DNA from: Anaerolineales bacterium
Lineage (GTDB): Bacteria; Chloroflexota; Anaerolineae; Anaerolineales; UBA4823
Reading direction: 5' to 3'
NCBI GenBank assembly: GCA_034430155.1
Contig: DAOUET010000001.1
Location: forward strand, 342-64,341
Length of the DNA stretch: 64,000 bases
Part shown: piece by piece, positions 11,860 through 19,957 of the stretch
Position numbering within the stretch: the stretch's first letter is position 1
Layout: the number at the start of each line of letters is the position of its first letter
Notes under the pieces: generated by a model
Database searches by the model: none
Told to the model about the DNA's origin: nothing
The model's input: only the letters and a program-made list of their open reading frames with translations
Program-made: the position numbers and the translations under genes

Positions 11860-12873
11860 ATGGCAATGTTTTCTAAGGATTTGGGCATTGACCTAGGGAC
11901 GATCTTTACTCGGATCGCCGTAGGGAATACGGTTGTGCTTCAGGAGCCAACGGTCGTGGCGATTGCTGTTGAAGAGCAGAAAATTGTCGCGGTGGGTGAA
12001 GAAGCGCTAAATATGGTTGGTCGCGTGCCCGAATCGATCGAAGTCACCCGGCCATTGCAAAACGGGGTAATTGCCGATTACGAGATCACAGAAAAACTTC
12101 TTGAGTATCTGATAAGGAAAGTAAGCGGTCCAATGCGCTTCTTCAGACCGCGAGTGATGATCAGCGTACCTTATGGCGTCACCAGTGTGGAAAGTCGGGC
12201 AGTGCATGAGGCGGTGCTGCAAGCGGGCTCACGGGATGCTATCTTGATTCAACAACCTTTGGCAGCGGCATTAGGTGTGGATCTCCCTATTGGGACACCC
12301 ACCGGAAATATGCTGCTTTGCATGGGAGGCGGCACCGTTCAGGCAGCTGTCATGGCTATGTATGGCATTGTGGCTGCTGAGACCCTGAGAGCGGGTGGAA
12401 TGCATCTGGACGAGGCAATTGTTTCCTTTGTAAGAAGGAAATACGGTCTAATCATCGGGCAAAGCACCGCTGAACAGGTCAAGTTGAAGGTCGGTGCAGC
12501 GGTTCCACTCGAAGAAGAACAATCGGTTGAAATTCAAGGACAGGACCAAGTAACAGGTTTACCTAAACCATTAACGTTGACTAGCGATGATATCGTCGAA
12601 GCGATGAGAGACCCGTTAAAGGACGTGGTTGAGACCGCCCGCAGTGTGCTTGAAAAGACCCCACCAGAATTGGTCTCAGATATTATCGATCGGGGTGTGG
12701 CCGTGTGTGGCGGTATGGCATTATTGCGAGGAATTGATAAATTACTCACCAAGGAACTGGGAGTGCCCGTATACCTGGTGGATAATCCATTGACCTGCGT
12801 TGCCGAGGGGGCGGCAATATCTATGGAACCCGGCGTATATCCAAAAGTGAAAAGGAACTTACCACTGGCATAA
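11860..12873 (+). CDS. mreB: Actin-like rod-shape protein MreB
   Basis: 337 aa. Phosphate-1 motif DLGIDLGT and the MreB-type blocks (RPLQNGVIADYE, GGG.V). It starts 7 nt after the atpC stop. No mreC/mreD follow. Confidence 0.85.
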   Translation: MAMFSKDLGIDLGTIFTRIAVGNTVVLQEPTVVAIAVEEQKIVAVGEEALNMVGRVPESIEVTRPLQNGVIADYEITEKLLEYLIRKVSGPMRFFRPRVMISVPYGVTSVESRAVHEAVLQAGSRDAILIQQPLAAALGVDLPIGTPTGNMLLCMGGGTVQAAVMAMYGIVAAETLRAGGMHLDEAIVSFVRRKYGLIIGQSTAEQVKLKVGAAVPLEEEQSVEIQGQDQVTGLPKPLTLTSDDIVEAMRDPLKDVVETARSVLEKTPPELVSDIIDRGVAVCGGMALLRGIDKLLTKELGVPVYLVDNPLTCVAEGAAISMEPGVYPKVKRNLPLA

Positions 12874-12900
12874 AGTTTGAGCCAGTGATCGGAACCTCAG

Positions 12901-12930
12901 AAGCGCCTGCGAGAAAGCCTGCGGGCGCTT
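12901..12930. terminator. GC-rich hairpin between convergent mreB and rex
   Basis: AAGCGCCTGC ... GCGGGCGCTT, a 10-bp stem with one mismatch. There is no clear U-tract on either strand. Confidence 0.4.
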
Positions 12931-12932
12931 CC

Positions 12933-13553
12933 TTAATCCAGATAAAAAGTCATCCGTTGTAAGTGGTTTACAGGGTCGATATACTGTAAACGCACTTCTG
13001 GTGGGACGTTCAATGTGACAGGGGCGTAATTTAGAATTGCTCTCACGCCCGCTTCTACGAGTTTATCGGCTACTGCTTGGGCAGAATCTCCTGGAACGGC
13101 GATCATCGCAACCTTTATGTTGGATTCGCGAATCACCTGGACCAAATTGGCGCTATCCCAGACGTTGAAGCCACCCTCCACTTTACCAATCTTTTGAGAG
13201 TCGTTGTCGAAAAGCATGGCGACTCGAAAGCCGCGGTTGGCAAAGCCACCATAGCGGGCTAAGGCGCTACCAATGTCCCCGATACCGATCACAGCAACAT
13301 CCCATACATGATCGATATTGAGGATATGGCTGATTTGATCCCGCAGAAAATTTATATCATAACCGGTACCTTGCTTCCCAAATTCCCCAAACTGGGATAA
13401 GTCCTTGCGAATTTGAGCGGCGGATATCCCTAATCGCTCCCCTAGTTCCTGAGAAGAAGTCACCTGACGACCTTCTTGAGCCATGCTCTGCAAGGCTCTT
13501 AGATAGAGGGGCAGCCTACCGATGACAATGTCAGGAATTTGTTTTTGATCCAT
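12933..13553 (-). CDS. rex: Redox-sensing transcriptional repressor Rex
   Basis: 206 aa. Winged-helix N-terminus (IGRLPLYLRAL, SSQELGERLGISAAQIRKDLSQFG) plus an NADH Rossmann motif (VAVIGIGDIGSALA). Confidence 0.9.
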   Translation of the reverse strand: MDQKQIPDIVIGRLPLYLRALQSMAQEGRQVTSSQELGERLGISAAQIRKDLSQFGEFGKQGTGYDINFLRDQISHILNIDHVWDVAVIGIGDIGSALARYGGFANRGFRVAMLFDNDSQKIGKVEGGFNVWDSANLVQVIRESNIKVAMIAVPGDSAQAVADKLVEAGVRAILNYAPVTLNVPPEVRLQYIDPVNHLQRMTFYLD

Positions 13554-13599
13554 ATTATCTTCTCCTAAATAATGTGAGCGCTGTGATTTATTTTACATG

Positions 13600-13628
13600 A
13601 ATTTACCACAAGTTGTTTAATTGTGCAA
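13600..13628 (-). promoter_or_regulatory. Sigma-70-type promoter of rex (TTGCAC-17-TGGTAAATT)
   Basis: On the minus strand the -35 TTGCAC (13628-13623) is followed by a 17-nt spacer and an extended -10 TGGTAAATT (13608-13600). This leaves a ~40-nt leader with a TAGGAGAAG RBS before the rex ATG. Confidence 0.5.
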
Positions 13629-13638
13629 ACCTGCACAA
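13621..13638. promoter_or_regulatory. Candidate Rex operator (TTGTGCA-N4-TGCACAA)
   Basis: A perfect 7+4+7 inverted repeat, TTGTGCAAACCTGCACAA. It resembles the published Rex box TTGTGAA-N4-TTCACAA with one symmetric change per half-site, and it overlaps the rex -35. Confidence 0.55.
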
Positions 13639-13684
13639 GGAGATCACAACTATGGTACAAAGTGATGGGGGACAATTTTCAGGA

Positions 13685-13693
13685 TGGTATAAT
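13685..13693 (+). promoter_or_regulatory. Extended -10 promoter element TGGTATAAT upstream of obg
   Basis: Exact TGnTATAAT about 75 nt upstream of the obg ATG at 13768. Confidence 0.4.
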
Positions 13694-13767
13694 GATTAAG
13701 GGATTTATCGTGATTGAATAATTACTTGCTAAAAGTTAATAAGAAAAATCAAAATTTTGTTCAAGCC

Positions 13768-15027
13768 ATGTTTATTGATGATGTACAAATCCAAGTAAGC
13801 TCAGGAAAGGGAGGCGACGGTGTGGTCCACTTCCGCCGAGAGAAGTTTGTGCCTTTTGGAGGCCCGGACGGTGGAGATGGGGGAAAAGGGGGAGACGTGA
13901 TCCTGGAAGTATTGGCCACTCTCAATACGCTTTCATCTTTCCATCATAATGAAAGATTCCACGCACAAGATGGGTTAAAAGGTGGAAGCAATAACAAAAC
14001 CGGTCGTTCTGGGAAAGATCTGACCGTTTTCGTACCTCCAGGAACAGTTGTTTATGATGGCGAAGACGCTAAGATCATTGGCGATTTGCTCGAGCCTGGG
14101 CAGCGATTGGTGGTCTGCAAAGGTGGCCGGGCAGGGCGTGGTAATAGCCGTTTTGCAACCGCCCGAAACCAGGCGCCTCGCATGGCAGAACGAGGCGAGC
14201 CTGGAACGCAGAAATCCTTACGGCTGGAGCTCAAGCTTATCGCAGACATCGGAATTGTGGGAGTGCCTAATGCAGGGAAATCCACACTATTGGCAGCCGT
14301 GACCAATGCCAAACCGAAGATTGCAGCCTATCCATTCACGACACTAGAACCGAACCTGGGAGTGGCGGTCCTCGACGATGAAAATTCTTTGGTGTTGGCC
14401 GATATTCCGGGGTTGATTGAGGGAGCTCACCAAGGTATCGGGTTGGGCCATGGCTTCCTCCGGCACATCCAACGCACACGTGTCTTGATCCATCTGCTGG
14501 ATGGCTTGGCGGAAGATCCCTTGATGGATTTTGCCCAGATCAACAGCGAACTGGCGCTATTTGACCCTAATTTAGCGAAAAAACCCCAGGTAGTGGCATT
14601 AAATAAAATTGACTTGCTCGAGGTTCAGAAACGCTGGTCGCAAATCAAGGCAGATCTCGAAAAACGCGGTTACCATATCTTGGCGATCTCTGCGGTGGTT
14701 GGAACCAATGTGCGCGAATTACTCTACCATGTGGTAAGTCTCCTGGCTGGTTTACCTTCCCAGCCGGAACCGGTAGGAATGCCTGTTTATCGCCTGGAGA
14801 GCGACGCCGAAGATTATCAAATCCAGGCGACTCCGCAGGGTTATCGAGTATCAGGTAAAGCGATCGAACGTGCTGCTGCTATGACGTATTGGGAGTACGA
14901 CCAGTCAGTGAGAAGGTTCCAGCGCATCTTGCAGACCTTAGGTATCGAGCAAGCGCTGTTGGATGCCGGTGTCGAGCCGGGCGATACGGTCTTCATCGGT
15001 GAGCATGAACTTGAATGGCAGCCATAA
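13768..15027 (+). CDS. obg: GTPase Obg/CgtA
   Basis: The canonical N-terminus MFIDDVQIQVSSGKGGDGVVHFRREKF begins at ATG 13768; the ORF track extends to TTG 13714. G1 motif GVPNAGKST, G3 motif DIPGLIEGA, and a C-terminal OCT-like domain are present. Confidence 0.9.
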   Translation: MFIDDVQIQVSSGKGGDGVVHFRREKFVPFGGPDGGDGGKGGDVILEVLATLNTLSSFHHNERFHAQDGLKGGSNNKTGRSGKDLTVFVPPGTVVYDGEDAKIIGDLLEPGQRLVVCKGGRAGRGNSRFATARNQAPRMAERGEPGTQKSLRLELKLIADIGIVGVPNAGKSTLLAAVTNAKPKIAAYPFTTLEPNLGVAVLDDENSLVLADIPGLIEGAHQGIGLGHGFLRHIQRTRVLIHLLDGLAEDPLMDFAQINSELALFDPNLAKKPQVVALNKIDLLEVQKRWSQIKADLEKRGYHILAISAVVGTNVRELLYHVVSLLAGLPSQPEPVGMPVYRLESDAEDYQIQATPQGYRVSGKAIERAAAMTYWEYDQSVRRFQRILQTLGIEQALLDAGVEPGDTVFIGEHELEWQP

Positions 15028-15102
15028 AATCTACGGTAACCTTCTGGGTGCAAGCCTGGCGAAGCCTTGCGACCTTTGACCAGGGAGGGTATTAATTTTC
15101 TT

Positions 15103-15699
15103 ATGAAACTTGGGATCTTCGGAGGCACGTTTGACCCCCCACACCTGGCTCACTTGATCTTAGCTGAAGAAGCTTACTTCCAACTCGAGCTGGATGGCAT
15201 TTTGTGGGTGCTGACTCCCGTCCCGCCCCATAAAAATGCCGGGGCGATCACCCCTTGGCAACATCGCCTGGATATGCTGGAAGCTGCCATCGGAAACAAC
15301 CCAATTTTTAAGATCTCACGGGTGGATATTGAGCGCAAACCGCCTCTTTATGCAGTGGATACCATGCATATCCTGAGGCGAGACTATCCAACGACAGAGC
15401 TGGTGTATCTTATGGGGGGCGATTCGCTCAGTGATTTACCCACCTGGCAACACCCCCTTGAATTTGTCTCAGCCTGCCATGCCCTGGGTGTGATGCATCG
15501 AGTAGGGATCGATGATGATCTGCTCAACCTCGAGGAATACATTCCGGGGATTAGGGCGAAGGTCCAATTCGTGAAAGCGCCCTTGCTGGAAATCTCGGCC
15601 TCGAACATCAGAGAACGGGTAGCTGCTGGGATGCCTTTTCGATATTACTTGCCGGAAGCGGTCTTCAATATCATTCAGGAATTACAACTTTACCGGTGA
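15103..15699 (+). CDS. nadD: Nicotinate-nucleotide adenylyltransferase
   Basis: MKLGIFGGTFDPPHLAHL (the (H/T)xGH-type motif) begins at ATG 15103. The ISASNIR motif is near the C-terminus. obg-nadD synteny is classical. Confidence 0.9.
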   Translation: MKLGIFGGTFDPPHLAHLILAEEAYFQLELDGILWVLTPVPPHKNAGAITPWQHRLDMLEAAIGNNPIFKISRVDIERKPPLYAVDTMHILRRDYPTTELVYLMGGDSLSDLPTWQHPLEFVSACHALGVMHRVGIDDDLLNLEEYIPGIRAKVQFVKAPLLEISASNIRERVAAGMPFRYYLPEAVFNIIQELQLYR

Positions 15700-15857
15700 C
15701 AGCTTTATTAATCTGGCACGTTTCCGTATTTGATATGAGCAGTGAGAAGGAAAAAATGTTGCTCTACTTTATGAATGGGGATGACGTCAAAACAGCATTC
15801 ACAGGCTGCCTAACCCTGGTAACATTGGGAGGGTCAAGCCGTTTTATTTAGATAGAG

Positions 15858-18218
15858 GTGCGAATGCTTAGAATCAAGGTACTAATTAGCTTCCTTGTCC
15901 TTTTCGGGTCTATCATCCTTGGGTCGTGGAGGCTTGCAAGGGCCCAATCCTCTGGAAATTTGCGACCAGTTGATCTAATGATCGTAATCGATAATTCCTG
16001 CAGTATGTTTCCCAAGGCGCAGATATTGCCTGGTTGCACTACCTGGGGAAGCGATCCTGATTTTCTGAGGATAAAAGGAGCCGATTTGTTCATTGCCCGC
16101 CTTGGATTTGGCCAGGAAAATGAAGCTGATTATCACGTGGGCGTGGTTGACCTTGGTGACACCCCGATCCTGGTCAATCCATTGCAGGCTTCTATGGATG
16201 TGCGGGATAGTCTGGCTGGTAAGATCGCTAACCTGAGGGCAAAATCTGCGACCCGCTTCGTCCCGGCCATAGAGCTGGCCTATAAGGAACTGCGGGAATC
16301 TCCAAACACTAAAGAGACCAACCTAAGGGCAGTTGTCTTGATCACCGACGGGGTACCCTGGCCTCAGGAAGGGCAAAGCAACAACGATATTGAGGAGATC
16401 ATCAAGCAAAATGAAGATATACCACTTTTCCTGATGTTACTTCAGGGAGCTGAAGAACGAACGGGAGCTTATGAACAATACATCCAATTCTGGCAACAAA
16501 TGCAATTACGTTACAGCAATGTTTTTCTTTACTTGATCCAAGGGGCTGATCAAATCGAAGAAACATATAACCTGATCGTTTCTCAGTTACAGGACACAAT
16601 CCCAACTGAAGGAGGAACGCTTTCGCCAGGAACGCCGAGCCAATTTTTCGTCAGTGAATTTGTCGATAGGATCGTAGTAACCGCTATCCACCAATCGGAT
16701 AAGAGCACAGGATCTATCGAGATTATTGATCCTTATGGGCATCTGGTCACTGCCGATGAGCCTGGTGTGGCGTATTTTCGGGGCAAATATAACCCGGTAG
16801 AGGTGATTTCAATCTCAAACCCCAGATTAGATAAAAGCTTGAAGGAGCGCAATTGGTTTATAAAATCTGATGAGGTCATTGATGTATTTATCGACCGGGA
16901 GGGAGCCTATAAGATCAATATTCTGTCTCCTGACACCAGATTGACCGATGTAAACAACATCTATATCACCTCACAAAGGCAAAATTCAAGCGGTGAAATG
17001 GTCGTCCGCTTCAATTTGGTGCGCGAGGATGGTACCGTAGTAACCTCACCGCAAGAAATCAGGGGTGACTTGATATATCCCGATGGTACCAAAGACTTCC
17101 TGAAAGTACCTAGCGATCTCAGGCCAGATTCCAACGGGGTTTACGAATTGGCCATCGATTTCGCGGAGATGTATCCCATCCTCTACAATAATTCAGGTCG
17201 TTTGACATTCTTGATCAAGGCAGGGGTTGCGGACGTTCAAAGTGCCAACCAAATCCCTGTCGCCACGACTCAGTTATTGGTGGATATGGGTCCTGGTCCG
17301 GTAATCCAGGCGATCCATCCTACTAAACTGGAATGCAGCCCGGGCCAACCGGCCAATTTCTCTGTGACAATAAGAAATATCGAGACGGTTCGTGGAGACT
17401 CCATAAAGATAAAGGTTGCTTCTGGCAAATCAGAAGTACCGCTGGAAACTTCAAGTGAGGGGAAGTTCAGCGCTGATCTCTCCTCCCTATGCGCCCCACT
17501 CATTGAAGAATTGTCTTGTTCAGGACAGCTTGAAAAGGATTTCGACCTGTATTTTGAAGGGGAATTGGTGGGAGGTGCGCCGACAGTGGCATTCGACCTC
17601 AAAGTACCAGTACAGGTTTTCGCGCCTTCATGCACCCCGACCCCAATACCCCTGGTAGTGATCCCTGCTGCAACTCTTATACCGCAACAAACCGCTGTGC
17701 CAGATAGCGATAAAGACGGTTTGCTTGACCCAGAAGATGCCTGTCCATATGAGAGGGGGTGGAATCTTCTTAGAGGTTGCCCTCTACCTGCATGGTTTCT
17801 TGCTGTGGGTGGTGGAATTGTAGTAACCGCGCTGGCTTCTGTGATAATTTTTTCTTTCCCCTGGCTCAAGACCAAGACCTTTGCCAAACCCCCACAAGGA
17901 TATCTGTTGGCATATAGGCGAGGCAAGGTTTTTATGGAACCAGTCGATCTATACAAACTTGGCACAGCGCGCCGGAAGAATAAGATTTCGGTAGGAGGAG
18001 ATCCTAAGAAGGCGGATATCTATATTCAGGGTTTAAAAACGGTGGAATTTTTCGTAATGATGCAAGGTGAGAAAGTCGTGATTTCAGAAGCCCAATCAGG
18101 TAATGTGCGCGATACTTTTAAGAGCCTGTCAGTCCGGGAGGTGTCCACCAGCAATGCGGATATTACTATTGCCATCTGCTTGAACGAACAAGTCATAAAC
18201 AAGTGGACCTGCCCATAA
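15858..18218 (+). CDS. Secreted VWA-domain protein with a single C-proximal TM helix and a small cytoplasmic FHA-like tail
   Basis: 786 aa with a signal peptide. The MIDAS motif is DLMIVIDNSCSMF, with a later ITDG. An Asp-rich thrombospondin-type-3-like Ca motif (DSDKDGLLDPEDACP) and a TM helix (AWFLAVGGGIVVTALASVIIFSF) are present. The ~110-aa tail (KISVGGDPKKADIYIQGLKTVEFFV) is only weakly FHA-like. An alternative start lies at ATG 15864. Confidence 0.7.
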   Translation: MRMLRIKVLISFLVLFGSIILGSWRLARAQSSGNLRPVDLMIVIDNSCSMFPKAQILPGCTTWGSDPDFLRIKGADLFIARLGFGQENEADYHVGVVDLGDTPILVNPLQASMDVRDSLAGKIANLRAKSATRFVPAIELAYKELRESPNTKETNLRAVVLITDGVPWPQEGQSNNDIEEIIKQNEDIPLFLMLLQGAEERTGAYEQYIQFWQQMQLRYSNVFLYLIQGADQIEETYNLIVSQLQDTIPTEGGTLSPGTPSQFFVSEFVDRIVVTAIHQSDKSTGSIEIIDPYGHLVTADEPGVAYFRGKYNPVEVISISNPRLDKSLKERNWFIKSDEVIDVFIDREGAYKINILSPDTRLTDVNNIYITSQRQNSSGEMVVRFNLVREDGTVVTSPQEIRGDLIYPDGTKDFLKVPSDLRPDSNGVYELAIDFAEMYPILYNNSGRLTFLIKAGVADVQSANQIPVATTQLLVDMGPGPVIQAIHPTKLECSPGQPANFSVTIRNIETVRGDSIKIKVASGKSEVPLETSSEGKFSADLSSLCAPLIEELSCSGQLEKDFDLYFEGELVGGAPTVAFDLKVPVQVFAPSCTPTPIPLVVIPAATLIPQQTAVPDSDKDGLLDPEDACPYERGWNLLRGCPLPAWFLAVGGGIVVTALASVIIFSFPWLKTKTFAKPPQGYLLAYRRGKVFMEPVDLYKLGTARRKNKISVGGDPKKADIYIQGLKTVEFFVMMQGEKVVISEAQSGNVRDTFKSLSVREVSTSNADITIAICLNEQVINKWTCP

Positions 18219-18287
18219 TGTAGATTTCAAATGTCGATGAAGTCCAAATAACATTGGCTGACAAGCCACATCTCTTTTTATCATGAA

Positions 18288-18315
18288 AAAGGTCGCCAGC
18301 TATCAGGCGACCTTT
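18288..18315. terminator. Bidirectional intrinsic terminator
   Basis: Stem AAAGGTCGCC / GGCGACCTTT with an 8-nt loop. An A-run lies upstream and a T-run downstream, so it reads as a terminator on both strands. It sits between the convergent VWA and REC-ATPase genes. Confidence 0.65.
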
Positions 18316-18460
18316 ATGATTCGTAATGTAACAAATTCCTACCCACATCGTTCTAATATATGAATGGTTCTGTATAGGAGCCGTTCTATGTATTGTTGGA
18401 GTACCGGCACATTAACAAATCTATGCAGAAGATCGAGTTCGTGAGTGAGTTCGGGAGTAC

Positions 18461-19702
18461 CTAAGCGACTCCGAATAACCTGATCCGCTCCTCATTTCCT
18501 ACTTCGCTGATTTTTTCTCGAACCTTATTGGCGATTGCGAACATGCTTTTTGCAGCCAAAGTGTCTGTTTTCTCCAGCATGAATGGGATACCGAGGTTGG
18601 CAGCCCTGAAAAAGGTTTCATCCTCGGGGGAGACGGTCTCAACAACGGGGTGTTTCAGACTCTCACTGATCTTTTCTGGAGTGATATTCCTCTGTTTATT
18701 ATAGCGATTCAGGACAAGTAAAATCCTGTTGGGGCTCATATCGAGGCTGTCCCACAAATGTAGAAATGACCGGGTACTTCGAATAGCAGCAATTTCTTGA
18801 GTGGCCAACAAGACGATCACATCGCTAGCATCCAGAGCTGCCAGACAAGGATCACTGATAAAGGAGCTGGTATTAACGATTACATATGAGAACATCTTAC
18901 GCATAAATTCGAGAATCTCGCTGAAGTGATTTCCAGAGATCTGCTCGGCCAATTCGGGGCGAGGCGGCGCCGGTAAAAGGTGCAGGCCAGAAGATTTGTG
19001 AAAGATCATTACATCCTCAACGATCTTGGCATCCAAAGCCTGAACCCGAGGTACTAGATCGAGCACCGAGAACTTTCCGAGCTCATTGAAAAAGATGGGT
19101 ACGTCACCGTACTGGAGACTCGCATCTACAACTGCAACGATGGACTCTTTATCCTGTAAAGCTATCGCCAAATTAATTGCCAGTGAGGTGACACCTGCTC
19201 CACCTTTTGGGCTGTAGACGGAGACGATCTTGCCAGTTTGTTTACTCAATTCAGCCAATGTTGGTTCTATAGATTGCAGGCCGGTTGAGGTGCCAGGTTG
19301 GCTCTTGGTTTTTTCTGCATAAGCTTTTTCTGCAGCCCGGTTGACGGCGGTGCCTAAATCTTCCAAGGAGACATCATGGGTAAGGAAATCCGAAGCCCCA
19401 CTCCTCATCGCCCGTAACATGATGTTGTAGTCTTTATCCTGAGATATGATGATGACTTGTGTAACGGGAAAGTCTTTCCGGATTGGTTCAATAAGATTAA
19501 GCCCATTTGTATCAGGCAGATTGACATCGACGAGAGCGACTTCTGGTTTGGCTTCTTTGATTTTCTCGATGGCTTCCTGCCCTGTGGCTACAAACCCGAC
19601 AACCTCGATATCTGTAAGAAGGTTGAACAACTTCTCAAGGTTTCTTGTCATCTGTGGGATGTTTTCGACGATCAGTACCTTAATTCGCGCGCTAGGGTTC
19701 AT
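18461..19702 (-). CDS. Response-regulator receiver fused to a CpaE/MinD/ParA-like ATPase
   Basis: REC domain (IKVLIVEN ... VALVDVNLPDTNG ... IIISQ). Deviant Walker A (VYSPKGGAGVTSLAINLA) typical of the CpaE/TadZ-type AAA_31 family. ATG 19702 sits 5 nt after GGAGG; the ORF track starts at TTG 19714. Confidence 0.8.
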   Translation of the reverse strand: MNPSARIKVLIVENIPQMTRNLEKLFNLLTDIEVVGFVATGQEAIEKIKEAKPEVALVDVNLPDTNGLNLIEPIRKDFPVTQVIIISQDKDYNIMLRAMRSGASDFLTHDVSLEDLGTAVNRAAEKAYAEKTKSQPGTSTGLQSIEPTLAELSKQTGKIVSVYSPKGGAGVTSLAINLAIALQDKESIVAVVDASLQYGDVPIFFNELGKFSVLDLVPRVQALDAKIVEDVMIFHKSSGLHLLPAPPRPELAEQISGNHFSEILEFMRKMFSYVIVNTSSFISDPCLAALDASDVIVLLATQEIAAIRSTRSFLHLWDSLDMSPNRILLVLNRYNKQRNITPEKISESLKHPVVETVSPEDETFFRAANLGIPFMLEKTDTLAAKSMFAIANKVREKISEVGNEERIRLFGVA

Positions 19703-19957
19703 TGAATCCTCCAAATATGATCTAGAATATTGACGATTTCCCGGGACAAAGGTAAATATTAGAAAAGTGTCAACATTATAATAGCAAGCTTAACGATTTA
19801 TAAGGAGAAATCAACTTACATTTCTAATAATTCCGTAGCGTTATTAACGGTTTACAATCTGACCTAAGAAGAGCATAGATTATTAATTTAATCATGGCTA
19901 AATAAATCTTATTATTGGAATTCAAATCGCGGTGCATGAGAAAAAGGCGAGGCAGAT

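Noticed and set aside
15714-15728. TGGCACG, a perfect -24 half of a sigma-54 promoter, ~140 nt upstream of the VWA gene.
   Set aside because: The sequence 4-5 nt downstream is CGTA rather than TTGC, and there is no GC dinucleotide at the required GG-N10-GC spacing.
17270-17965. 231-aa minus-strand ORF.
   Set aside because: It is entirely antisense to the VWA-domain gene. Its composition is low-complexity and Ser/Gly/Pro/Arg-rich, typical of a shadow ORF, and I saw no motif or RBS.
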